NCBI GenBank assembly: GCA_964187785.1
Contig: OZ076419.1
Coordinates: forward strand, 7,688,001 to 7,752,000
DNA from: Amphiscolops sp. MND2022
Lineage: Eukaryota
Length of the DNA: 64,000 bases
Direction: 5' to 3'
Part shown: one piece after another, positions 12,701 to 24,152 of the stretch
Layout of the letters: each line of letters opens with the position of its first letter
Numbering within the stretch: the stretch's first letter is position 1
Program-made: the position numbers and the translations under genes
The notes under the pieces: generated by a model
Seen by the model: only the letters and a program-made list of their open reading frames with translations
Told to the model about the DNA's origin: nothing
Databases searched by the model: none

Positions 12701-15230
12701 ACTGAAGCGGCGACATGCAGAGTTTGGTATACTTTGTTCCATTATATGTTTTATGCATGCAAGGTGTAGAGCTAGATTCGAGACGTTTTATACCTAAATG
12801 CTGAGTTTATTCCGAACACCTCGTCGATCTCCACAGTTGCTGTTATAGCAACCGTGAACTCGTGGCTGGCTGTTAGACGGCATGACGTTTCCTCGTTGAC
12901 TTGGGCTATCTGTCTCTGAAGACCTTTCAGTACTTGGTCACACTTGACACTAAATCCAATAACACTTGAAGGGCAACCATGTCGACAAAATTCAACAAGT
13001 TTCTCAATTCGCGGCAAAATTGTCCCGCCTTCACCTTCATTTCGGTCTTTAACAGAAAATATGGTACTATAACTGTTGCGTCTGATTACCCGTCCAACAT
13101 CACTGAAATAAGTTTTTTAAAACCAAACCAGGTAGTCGATCGGCCGCATAACTTCGCTGACCCTTTCCGTCTTTGTAATCGATACGTTTTTCTTCCTCCC
13201 AAGGTTTTAAATATCGTTGGAAGTTGGAACAACTCAGTTCTTCAATTGCACGTCTGAGTCATCTTTGGCTCTGGCACTGCTTCCCCCTAGGATAATGTTT
13301 CGCAGGTCCTTACTTTTCGAATACTCTTTACACACGGTAAATGATCAGCATTTTGTGCTGATCTTTTCGATGGAACACATTCAAACTGTTTTTTCAGACA
13401 AATATAAATACACTTTGTGGTACCTCTCTTCATTTTCTCGGAAAAATGAAGTTTTACAATGGCCTTGATGAATTTCTCATTCGCGGATCCATGGAAACGA
13501 CAATGTTTTGATAAACACAGATGGTTTTGTAAGGTTTTGCCACATAGTTTTTACTTAATTTCATGAAGAGGTTTCCGGTGTTGGGGGGAGGTTCTCGTCG
13601 ATCCACTCCCAGCTGTGACCCTTTTTTTCACAACTGTCCCCTTCTTTACTGGTTTCTCGCTCTTCTCTGCTGGAGAGCAAATGTCTTCATTACTCTGTTT
13701 TAGGCTCTCGTCATCGAATTTCACATCGACTATCCCGTGGTTTTCATGACATTTCTAATTACATTGGAACACAATGCGACATAATTTTGTTTCAGTTTGG
13801 GGTTTTCAAAATGCTAAGTCTGTATATGTTTGCGAACAAGAAACAGAACTGAAGTCAGGAAAATGGTACTGAACAACGTACAGCAGCAGTAACGAGGAAT
13901 GTGCAAGTGGTCAATATAAACAATTTTTTGACATTGTTGCACTAGGGAATGCTCGACAATTGCTTTTTGATTGAGAATTTCTTTGACAAAAACCGTACAC
14001 AACTTTTGCAGCATCATTGTTCCAATACTGTAAACCTCCTTTTTCGGACCTGTGAGTTTCTTCATCTGTGGAGTTACACAATACATCATTCTGTTCTGAA
14101 ATCTCATTGATACTAGAGCCATCGGCTTCATGCTTCGATTTTATCAGCAATCGAAAGGGGGTACTTCAACTGGGAGCGCAAACTGTGTAGGCAGAGTCTG
14201 CTGCTTCCAGCTTCGCCTTGGAGCTTCTTCTGTGAGCAGCTTGAACTTCGCTTTTAGTGACTGTCTCCTGTTTTCTGAAGGTTACTTCAGATGATGAAGT
14301 ATACAGAGGATCAGTAATATACTCGTTAATCACTTCCGCATTGCTTGTTTCCTCTTCATTTGCTTGGCAAGCTGATTCTGGGCGGATGTGTGCATTCGCT
14401 CTCCCTTTTACTATTTTCTGCAGTCTCTGTACATATTCTTTGGCAAACGTCCTATTTGGATTTCAATAAATGGAGTTTCTGGTGTTTCAGGAAGTTGAGC
14501 ACGTATTCCGATGTTGGCAGATTATTTTAGTCCTGGTACTAGACTGATTAATTTTGAATGAACACAAAAGACCCCATTTAGGACCCTCTTTTAGTACCCG
14601 TTTCGATGTACGTAGCTGAAGCTCTGTTGTGAGATTTTCTTACCCTTAGAAAATCTTAAAATTTTTATGGGGGTCGTAAAACTGGAGAAAAATTGAGGAT
14701 TCGTATCAAGGATTCGGATCTTCCTTACCCCCGTTGTATACCTAACAAATCTATTTCTATACTACTGACGTATGAAGTTCAAGGTATAATTGTTTCTAGA
14801 CATATTAAGTCGACTGTTTCTAATGTCGGCAGCCATATTTGGATTGCACGTTTGACGGGTCGGTCATCGCTCAGTCTCATGACATGACCTATGCGCTGGA
14901 GGATAATTTCATAAAGTATTTTTGCAACTTTCCTCGAATGCCCAATGTGGTGGTTCATTGACTTTTCAGATTCCAAGTCGCCAAGATCTTTTGCGAACAA
15001 GGTACACAAGTTTTTTCACCATTCGTTGGTGTTGATGGCACCTTTAGGTGGTTGAGATATTTATTCCATTTGCCCATAAAGTTTCTCTGAATTTGTTAGG
15101 GTTCGTGTCCAATCAGCGAAAACAACAGACTTTGATGGCCGGTGCCAAACGTTTCCTTCAATCGCAAATAACGAACTAAACAGTACAATCGGTTTCTGAG
15201 AGGGCTAATCATTTAATACCTTCCTTCCGT
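9750..15230 (-). pseudogene. Two tandem degenerate paralogous ORF units of unknown family
   Basis: Paired motifs 2.7-3.1 kb apart: RKEGIKxLALSE (~15200, ~12450), DxxxGKGxxxYAxxR (~13160, ~10040), VEFCR and KCDQV (~12990/12940, ~9870/9815). Many stops and frameshifts. Confidence 0.45.
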
Positions 15231-15238
15231 GCGTTTTT

Positions 15239-15684
15239 AGGAGTCGGAAAAATTTTTCGACTACTTATGCAATCGTGTTGTTTTTTTTTCTCCCGACCTT
15301 TTCATGAAAATTTCAAATTTCTCAAAAACTGTCCATACGATTTTCACGAAATTTTGCACAGTCATTCTACACCCAAAGGGGCCCCATCAAAATCGTATGG
15401 CTGGGATGTGAGAAACATAGCCAAAATTAGCCCAAAAATGGCCAAAAAACAGCCATTTTTCGACTTTTTTCGATTTTCTCAAAAACTGTCCATACGATTC
15501 GAACGAAATTTTCTCCAGATATTCTACACCATATTAGAGTCCTATATGTGCAATGGCATCAAAATCGTATGGCTGGGATGTGAGAAACATAGCCAAAATT
15601 AACCCAAAAATGGTCAAAAAAGGGCCATTTTTCGACTTCAGAAAAAAACCTAAGCCGACTCCTTTACCGCACATGCGGCTCTGG
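15239..15684 (+). mobile_element. Non-autonomous Helentron/DINE-like element (family H1)
   Basis: TTTTT-AGGAGTCGG...CCGACTCCT-TTA-CCGC-ACAT-GCGG-CTCTGG-TTT: subTIRs, 3' hairpin, T-rich target. Internal segment duplicated. Confidence 0.65.
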
Positions 15685-15875
15685 TTTAAATTTGTACAGC
15701 TAAGTGGTCGCGAAGTTCACGAATACCAGCTGGCTTTTGACTTTTCAAAAAACATTTTTCAAAACACTTATTTATAGTCTCATTTATACACTTGTTTTAT
15801 ATACACTCATTTAACACATAGCACATCGGTCCTTATCTTCAACACACTGAGACTCCTTTGTCTTACCTGTCTTAG

Positions 15876-16034
15876 ATCTGGGCAAGACGCGTCAGGGGAG
15901 GGCGGTGACGTCACAGGAGAGCAGCAGCAGAGTGTGAGAAGCAGTGTGAAGTACGTGCCCCTGTTCGATGCCTCGGGCAGGGAGACTGTGGTGTTGGTGC
16001 CTGGAAGACTAGAGTGCGACTGTCAAGCCACCAA
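15876..16034 (+). CDS. TRIP4: TRIP4/ASC-1 exon (start of C2HC5 zinc finger)
   Basis: KYVPLFDASGRETVVLVPGRLECDCQAT resembles vertebrate KFVNLY...VLLPGRHPCDC. AG/GT boundaries, phase 2 end. Confidence 0.85.
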
Positions 16035-16945
16035 GTAGTAGTAGTGGAGGCATTTGCAACTCATGTTTTGTTGAACATGTACAGACAAAAGCGCCCATTG
16101 TACACAAGTCATAAGTGCAGGCATTTGCCACTCCTCTCTATGCCTTGGAACCTAAAATATCGAGAGAAAATATAGAGATGGTTTTGTGGCAATTGAAGGC
16201 CGTTTTGATGGCTTTTTTGATAGTTTTCTGCCAATTTTCATTGGACTTGCTATTCTTTTTTTATGCATTTTTCCACCATTTCTTGTGGAACGATCAACGT
16301 CTAGTTGTGTATCATCGAATATTTGTTTTTTAAATAGATTCAAATTTAATAATAAATGTGTATTTAAAATCATACATCGTCGGAAATATGGATATAACCA
16401 ATCGAATATTTGGTTGTGTGCCAATTGAAAAGATGATATTAGAACGATGTGCTTTTTCTTCGAAAATGGAATCTTCTGAAGACAAAGATCTCCTTGGAAA
16501 TGTCTTGGATATTACCTTCCAATTTTTTCAACTTGGGACTTTTTTAGTCGGCGTTTTATTGAGAATAAGCTCGAATAATATAGTTACTTTTTGTCGGTTT
16601 TGTTTCAATCCACACGAACTGACCAAAATGGTTCTTCCAAAGTTCTACAAAATCTTGAAATGAACCATTTGGCCTGGCGAACTGAACTCTATTAAACATA
16701 CTAACTTTCGGTACTGTGAAATTGAAAAAATCAAATGAGAATCCTTGACGCTTTCAAATAGTTTGAACCTCAAGCGAGGCGCCGACTTGAGACGTTCCAG
16801 TCCGTCTTATTGAAGATTGCATTGTTGGGCCATCTACCATACTGTAATAGCAGAATTGGACCCCTGATTGTAAAAAAATGATTTGGATTGAAAATAAATT
16901 ACCTCGAAACCCGAGTTATTTTGGAGGTAATCAAAAGATGCTTGA

Positions 16946-17143
16946 TCAAATATCATTAAATTCTTGAAACACTTCAGAATCAGTTTTGCAAACAATTTTG
17001 TAGCTTTGTAATATCACTTTCAACAACTTGTATTTACTACTAAATCCTAATCGAGGAGCATAATACTTTTCCTTCAGAAGATTTTGGTCTCCTTTAATCG
17101 AGTCCAAATCAATTTTTACAACCAGAGGTCCGGTCCAATTCAT
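16946..17143 (-). pseudogene. Possible Polinton/Maverick-type integrase N-terminal fragment
   Basis: KEKYYAPRLGFSSKYKL resembles the YYxPxxGFxSxxKL motif. Short and isolated. Confidence 0.3.
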
Positions 17144-17241
17144 TAATTACAGTATGGTACATGTGGTGTAAGTAGATAAATCTATATGAAGTGCCTCTAC
17201 ACGAGTTGTTGTCTCCTCTCTTCTCCTGCGGTGTTGTGAAG

Positions 17242-17407
17242 ACACAGACTTATCCGCAATTGCTGCTGCTGTGGCCGCATAGTGTGTGAACAAGAACGGG
17301 CAGGACCCTGTCTCTTCTGTGGCAACTTCGTCTGCTCCCGAGAAGACATGCTACACATCAAGAAACAGTCTTCCAAAGGAAAGAAGATTTATGAGGCCAT
17401 CCTCAAG
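17242..17407 (+). CDS. TRIP4: TRIP4/ASC-1 exon (C2HC5 zinc finger)
   Basis: HRLIRNCCCCGRIVCEQERAGPCLFCGNFVC resembles HKLINNCLICGRIVCEQEGSGPCLFCG. Phases consistent with neighbouring exons. Confidence 0.92.
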
Positions 17408-17799
17408 GTACTACTACAGTCAGACTTTTATACTTGAATATCATATGCTTAAAATGATAACGCGTTTTTATTGGCTATTAATCGAACTAGCAAGATCTTG
17501 CTAGTTCGTTGCAGCATATGTATCGTAATGATGCTTGCATTAAGCATCGGGGCTTCCTTATTAAGTATGAATGTACCCTTGCAAGTCTCTTCTGCTATGG
17601 AATCTCAGAGGGCGGTGAGAAAAGTTTCTTTTATCAGTTGTTCTAATGACATCGAAAAATGTCTTGCATAGCAGCGGAGGATTGAAGTTCTTTCATATAT
17701 TCAAATGTTTCTTTTATCCTAGTTCGACTGTAGTTAGTGAGACAACTGCATATCATAGATTGGTGTGCGTTCATTTCACCCCACGTTCATTTCACCCCA

Positions 17800-20700
17800 T
17801 GTAACATATCCATGTTACCATTGACCTGAAAAAGGGCATCGTTGATGGAATTTACCCAACAAGGAACGTTCATCACCCAAGAGATTATCGAACTTGACCA
17901 GCAAAATAAGCAATTTATTCCCAATCATCAAATATTTAAACTCTCATAATAATCATGTTTTACCATATTTGGTGCGGCATTTTATAAATATTGATCACCA
18001 CTTCCTTCAAACAAACGGGAAACAAGAAGTGCCAAAATTATAGATTGCAAGAAGAAAAAAGACTGACACACCAACCGAGAGACTTGCTTGCGAGAAGTTG
18101 AATATAACTTCAGTTGAATATTGTATTTGCTCTAATTTAAATCTAGAACAAAATCATCAACTTAACTCGTTTTTCTCTGTTTCTGAAGAAAAATATCAAA
18201 ATTCTACGATCGACAAAAGCTTCTACACCATCAACCGAACCCAACGCGTAGAAAAGGGAAGCTGAATACCTTGTAAAAACAGAGAACTAACTTCTTCCAA
18301 AAAAATAACTGGAACTACATTAAAACATAGGCGCAAAGGAATTTGCGCACGGCTTCGAGCGACAGGTCCCGCAGCCATAATTGACTATCATCATGTGCAT
18401 TTGAACCATATTACCAAGTTATTAGCTATGACGAATAGCTAAGGTTATATACGGCACGAGAATGCTCAAAATACAATGAAATTGAAAAGAATTGTGGGTA
18501 TTAATCCTATGAAGCTTAACTTTTTCGGCCTTTACCACTATATAAAAGGAAGGGCTGCCCTAGTTATCAATAGGACGGTTGATATGTGCCATCACTAGCA
18601 AGTATACTTTCAGTTCTAAAAATTAGCTGAATTGTGCATCAAACAACCTTCCAGCATCAGTGGGCACCATTGGAAACGTATTCCAGAGGATGAATAACCT
18701 GTTAAAATTTGCGAATGGGGCAAAATCACGAAAAGATCCGAAATCATTTTTGTTTTCAATACAACGTAGTTGAATATCATTGCACAGCGAGGTGTGAATA
18801 TAACTTAGTGTTGTCTTGATTTAATCGTTGCATATGACATCAAATCTCTCAGGAATATTGCGGTAATGCATAATACCTTCTGTGCAGATATTCACTGGAT
18901 AGAATACGTTAAGAATGGAAATTTCGCGGTTTTACGCTTCAAACAACCACATCATCAATAACTAACGGTGAGTAAGTACTCCAGTGGTCCAATATGATCT
19001 CACTCTCGAAAACCCATACATCGAGAGGTCTGAAAAAAACTTTGGTTTCCGACATCAAAAATGGACAAACAAACTATTCACCGAAAATTTTACAGGCATG
19101 AGACAAAGCAAATCAATGAGCAATTATGGAGTATATGATTCAATGTACATTGCCGATAGGTCTTCGAGCATTTTTACTTTTTCTACTAGCAGTATAAATA
19201 AATAAAAACCTTCCAAGGATGAAGTCAGCATTTTTAACAACAGCCGTGCAAATAAGACAGTAGGAGGGTTACTAGGGTTAATCAGACCGCAATCTATGCA
19301 TTTTTACAAGACCGATCCGGTAACTTCGTCTATTTCACTCCTTCCTAAGATTAGTTTGGAAAATGTATATTTAAAAATTGAAGGATCAAATATTCATTTA
19401 TTTCAAGATTCGTAGTAAAGCACAATTTGTATAATATACAATGAACTGCCCGAAAATCCAACAACATTTAAATCTTCACCAACAAATTCAGTTCCAACAA
19501 TTTGTTGAGTTTTTGGATGGTCTCGAAGTATTAAGGCTCCGAGAAAATAGGCCAAAACTTTTACAAAATTGATTAAAGAGAGCAATTTATCAAAAATTCA
19601 AAAAATTTGAAAACTTTTTTGTCTCTATCTGTCCGACGTAAACGTTGTGACTTTCCAATTTCTAACTTTGGGCAGCTAAGCAGACCTGTTATCGAGTAGA
19701 AACACCACTGCTTGGATTAGAACTGATTGCTACTTGAAAATAGGTTGAGAAATTTTTTACGCAAAAAAACCGAAAATTTTTCCTATTTTTAATGGTCATT
19801 TTCGCAAAGCCCAATAATTCTAGGATAAAAAAACTTTCACCAAATTAAAGAAAACATCGTTTTACGTCGGTTAGTACCTACATCGGGCCAATTCGCTGTG
19901 GTTTGCGAAAAGAAAAATAGCAAAATCGACAAAAACCCTAAAAATTTTCGAAAATTTCGCGCTTTCGAAGCTAATAAAATCGCGCCGGTGGAAAATTTTC
20001 GGAAAGTTTTCACACGGTTAGAAAGAGCATCAAGTTGCGTTTCTTTTTGGAAAGTTTGGATGGTCGCGGAAAAATAGGCTCTGAGAAAATAGCCTTCAAT
20101 TAATACAAATGCAGAGGGTATGTCACGCGAAAAAAAAACCAAAACGCTAGTAAACGCGGAACAATAGAGACTTAGTCGCTTCGCTTCGCTCGCTCGAAGC
20201 CTCAAAAAAACGTCACCATATGGGCATCTCGCTCCGCTCGTGCCCCAAAAACTAAACGCAAACAATAAGGCCCCTCGCTTCGCTCGTCGCCCTAAAAACG
20301 TCACCATATGGGCATCTCGCTCTGCTCGTGCCCCAAACATAGGCGCAAAGGAATTTGCGCACGGCTTCGAGCGACAGGTCCCGCAGCCATAATTGACTAT
20401 CATCATGTGCATTTGAACCATATTACCAAGTTATTAGCTATGACGAATAGCTAAGGTTATATACGGCACGAGAATGCTCAAAATACAATGAAATTGAAAA
20501 GAATTGCGGGTATTAATCCTATGAAGCTTAACTTTTTCGGCCTTTACCACTATATAAAAGGAAGGGCTGCCCTAGTTATCAATAGGACGGTTGATATGTG
20601 CCATCACTAGCAAGTATACTTTCAGTTCTAAAAATTAGCTGAATTGTGCATCAAACAACCTTCCAGCATCAGTGGGCACCATTGGAAACGTATTCCAGAG

Positions 20701-22255
20701 GATGAATAACCTGTTAAAATTTGCGAATGGGGCAAAATCACGAAAAGATCCGAAATCATTTTTGTTTTCAATACAACGTAGTTGAATATCATTGCACAGC
20801 GAGGTGTGAATATAACTTAGTGTTGTCTTGATTTAATCGTTGCATATGACATCAAATCTCTCAGGAATATTGCGGTAATGCATAATACCTTCTGTGCAGA
20901 TATTCACTGGATAGAATACGTTAAGAACGGAAATTTCGCGGTTTTACGCTTCAAACAACCACATCATCAATAACTAACGGTGAGTAAGTACTCCAGTGGT
21001 CCAATATGATCTCACTCTCGAAAACCCATACATCGAGAGGTCTGAAAAAAACTATGGTTTCCGACATCAAAAATGGACAAAAAAACTATTCACCGAAAAT
21101 TTTACAGGCATGAGACAAAGCAAATCAATGAGCAATTATGGAGTATATGATTCAATGTACATTGCCGATAGGTCTTCGAGCATTTTTACATTTTCTACTA
21201 GCAGTATAAATAAATAAAAACCCTCCAAGGATGAAGTCAGCATTTTTAACAACAGCCGTGCAAATAAGACAGTAGGAGGGCTACTAGGGGTAATCAGACC
21301 GCAATCTATGCATTTTTACAAGATCCGGTAACTTCGTCTATTTCACTCCTTCCTAAGATTAGTTTGGAAAATGTATATTTAAAAATTGAAGGATCAAATA
21401 TTCATTTATTTCAAGATTCGTAGTAAAGCACAATTTGTATAATATACAATGAACTGCCCGAAAATCCAACAACATTTAAATCTTCACCAACAAATTCAGT
21501 TCCAACAATTTGTTGAGTTTTTGGATGGTCTCGAAGTATTAGGCTCCGAGAAAATAGGCCAAAACTTTTACAAAATTGAATAAAGAGAGCAATTTATCAA
21601 AAATTCAAAAAATTCGAAAACTTTTTTGTCTCTATCTGTCCGACGTAAACTTTGTGACTTTCCAATTTCTAACTTTGGGCAGCTAAGCAGACCTGTTATC
21701 GAGTAGAAACACCACTGCTTGGATTAGAACTGATTGCTACTTGAAAATAGGTTGAGAAATTTTTTACGCAAAAAAAACGAAAATTTTTCCTATTTTTAAT
21801 GGTCATTTTCGCAAAGCCCAATAATTCTAGGATAAAAAACTTTCACCAAGATAAAGAAAACATCGTTTTACGTCGGTTAGTACCTACATCGGGCCAATTC
21901 GCTGTGGTTTGCGAAAAGAAAAATAGCAAAATCGACAAAAAACCCTAAAAATTTTCGAAAATTTCGCGCTTTCGAAGCTTATAAAATCGCGCCGGTGGAA
22001 AATTTTCGGAAAGTTTTTACACGGTTAGAAAGAGCATCAAGTTGCGTTTCTTTTTGGAAAGTTTGGATGGTCGCGGAAAAATAGGCTCTGAGAAAATAGC
22101 CTTCAATTAATACAAATGCAGAGGGTATGTCACGCGAAAAAAAACCAAAACGCTAGTAAACGCGGAACAATAGAGACTTCGTCGCTTCGCTTCGCTCGCT
22201 CGAAGCCTCAAAAAATTAGAAAAATCCGAAGAAGCCAAAAACAAGAGATCGTACA
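17800..22255 (+). repeat. 5' LTR of element A (~570 bp, interrupted at 18326-22209)
   Basis: 17800-18325 plus 22210-22255 align to 34794-35355, with about a dozen substitutions and a 6-bp indel by eye. Confidence 0.93.
18326..22209 (-). mobile_element. Tandem dimer of ~1.88-kb Helentron-type non-autonomous element (H2)
   Basis: Near-identical units 18326-20203 and 20338-22209. SubTIRs GGCTTCGAGCGA/TCGCTCGAAGCC, GCGCAAA-GGAA-TTTGCGC hairpin at the 3' end, insertion into an A/T run absent from the 3' LTR. Confidence 0.8.
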
Positions 22256-22267
22256 TGGTGACAAGGG
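22256..22267 (+). promoter_or_regulatory. Primer binding site of element A
   Basis: TGGTGACAAGGG immediately after the LTR end ...GTACA. Primer tRNA not identified. Confidence 0.75.
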
Positions 22268-22852
22268 TGCCGGAGACAAACACTCAGCACTAAGCCAATC
22301 AACGATAGCTAGAAGAAAACGACAAAACTGGCTCTTCCTCAACACTACTTGGACCACGAGTGTGCAGAACATATCGTTGACATTTTTTGGCCCTCATCAG
22401 TTGGCGATCATCTCACGATACGAAGAATTTACTGCTCATACGGAAAACCAATTTTGCTTCTTGGCATCACAGCAACACAGCCATACGAAGTCTTTCATTT
22501 GCTTGTCCACAAACACACACCAATTTGGAAGGAATTGGAGGAAATTTGAAGAATTGCTCGAATACTTGGAGACCTTTTTACCACTGGATTGACGAGGAAG
22601 TCACCATAACTACAATCAACCAAATACGGTGACGAACTTTGGGGAACTTTGAAACTATCGCCACAACACGTTCACGAAAGGTCATGAAGGGTGAATTGAG
22701 AGTCATCCTTTGTGAGTCATACTTCACTTGATTTCATCTATGTTAATTGTTCATCTTTTCACCTATCATCCGTGATTTTTCTGTGGATTAACTTGAAACC
22801 ACATTGTAGCGAAAAACAAGTGAACAGTAAACTGTGCATGAATTAAAAAAAA

Positions 22853-24000
22853 ATGGCCGAGGCGAACACTACAATCAGTTTAAAACAGTTCGGCGGTGAA
22901 TCAGAAAATTGGCGCGATTTTGAATCACAACTCCGCAGAATCATTCAAGTAGCAAATGTAGACGCTGCCAATCAAGTTGACTACTTGAAACTTCATCTTA
23001 AAGACAACGCTTTGCAATATTTTCATACTCTTGACGCTGACACACGCGGAAATTTGAATAGATGTCTAAACGCTTTGAAAACGCATTTTTGTAATCCAAC
23101 GTATAAAGAATTGTACACTATTCAACTTGAAAACATGAAATACAATCACAAAACAGAAAATCCTGAAGCATTCTTAGTGAAATTACAAAATTTAGCAAAC
23201 TCCGCCTATCCAGACGCTGAAGCCCTTCCAGTAGAGGCTGCTAGAGATCAAACAGATGGTGAGAGAGATAGAGTTGCAGCTGAAACTGCTGCTAACACTG
23301 AAAGGCTCCGCTTTTCACAACTGCAACGAGAGCAACATGTAAAACGGCTATTCTTGAAAGCAATGCCAAATTTTATTAGACGAAATTTACTAGAACAACC
23401 AGAGGAAAGAACCGTAGGCGACCTTTGCACCTTAGCACGTCGTACGTCTTATTTGAACCAGATTTGCGAAGTAGATGATTGGAACGCAAACGCATTCAGC
23501 GAAGTCAGTAACGTACAAAGTGAAGATTACTTGAATGTTTTGGCTGAAATTACTGAAACTCATAGTGCAATGGAGGACAAAATGAACAATTTCATTAAAA
23601 AAGTGGATGAAAGTCTGTCTTTGAATGCCATTCAGACTAATTCACGCGGTTATCCTCGAGCACAAAATTATTTGCCAAGATATCAACAGAATCACTATCG
23701 AGGCAATCAATTCCGCTCGAATTACCAACGAGGCAGAGGCTATTATCAAAACCGGGCGTACTCGTCCTATCAAAACCAATCCTATCGACCACGATATGGA
23801 CAACGGTTTCACGCACTCCAAAATAATGATGCTAGTTTGGCGCAAGGACATTACCAAGCGCAAAACTTCCATCAGAGTCACGGCCAGACTGAAAATCCGG
23901 AACCGTTAAATGCCACAGGTGGATCACATACATGCACTACACTAAAATAATATGTCATAGATGCGGTGGTCCTGATCATATGGCCCGAGACTGTGTAGCA
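22853..24000 (+). pseudogene. gag: Gag of element A (frameshift before zinc knuckle)
   Basis: Retrotransposon capsid-like N-terminus (KQFGGESENWRDFE...YLKLHLKDNALQYF). CHRCGGPDHMARDC knuckle in a shifted frame at about 23952-23993. Confidence 0.88.
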
Positions 24001-24152
24001 GCAAGCCCAAAATCGCAACGTGGTGCAAAATTCCCGTTCTCAAGAGAACAAAAAAACTAAATCCTCCACACCAGAAAAACAGGTCATTCCCAAAATCATC
24101 CTCATCACCATATTTAGCAGATAAACGTTCTATAGAAAAAGATTTAGAAAAT

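Noticed and set aside
14779-15009. RIGHVMRLSDDRPVKR resembling an RTE-LINE C-terminal motif
   Set aside because: A single short motif inside the degenerate ORF region, with no supporting RT sequence.
1161-15684. Inverted H1 copies as ends of a 14-kb composite transposon
   Set aside because: No TSD, the ends face outward, and a third copy exists; independent insertions are simpler.
16115-16663. Overlapping short ORFs on both strands
   Set aside because: AT-rich with no recognisable motif; at best a degraded TE.
17800-17820. Hairpin at the LTR A start (GTAACAT-ATCC-ATGTTAC)
   Set aside because: A 7-bp stem is expected by chance in AT-rich DNA.
19837-20421. 194-aa minus ORF across the Helentron junction; 22116-22592 across the LTR/PBS
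   Set aside because: They span junctions of unrelated modules and low-complexity sequence, with no recognisable motifs. The leader region 22300-22630 could hide a degraded uORF, but I cannot support it.
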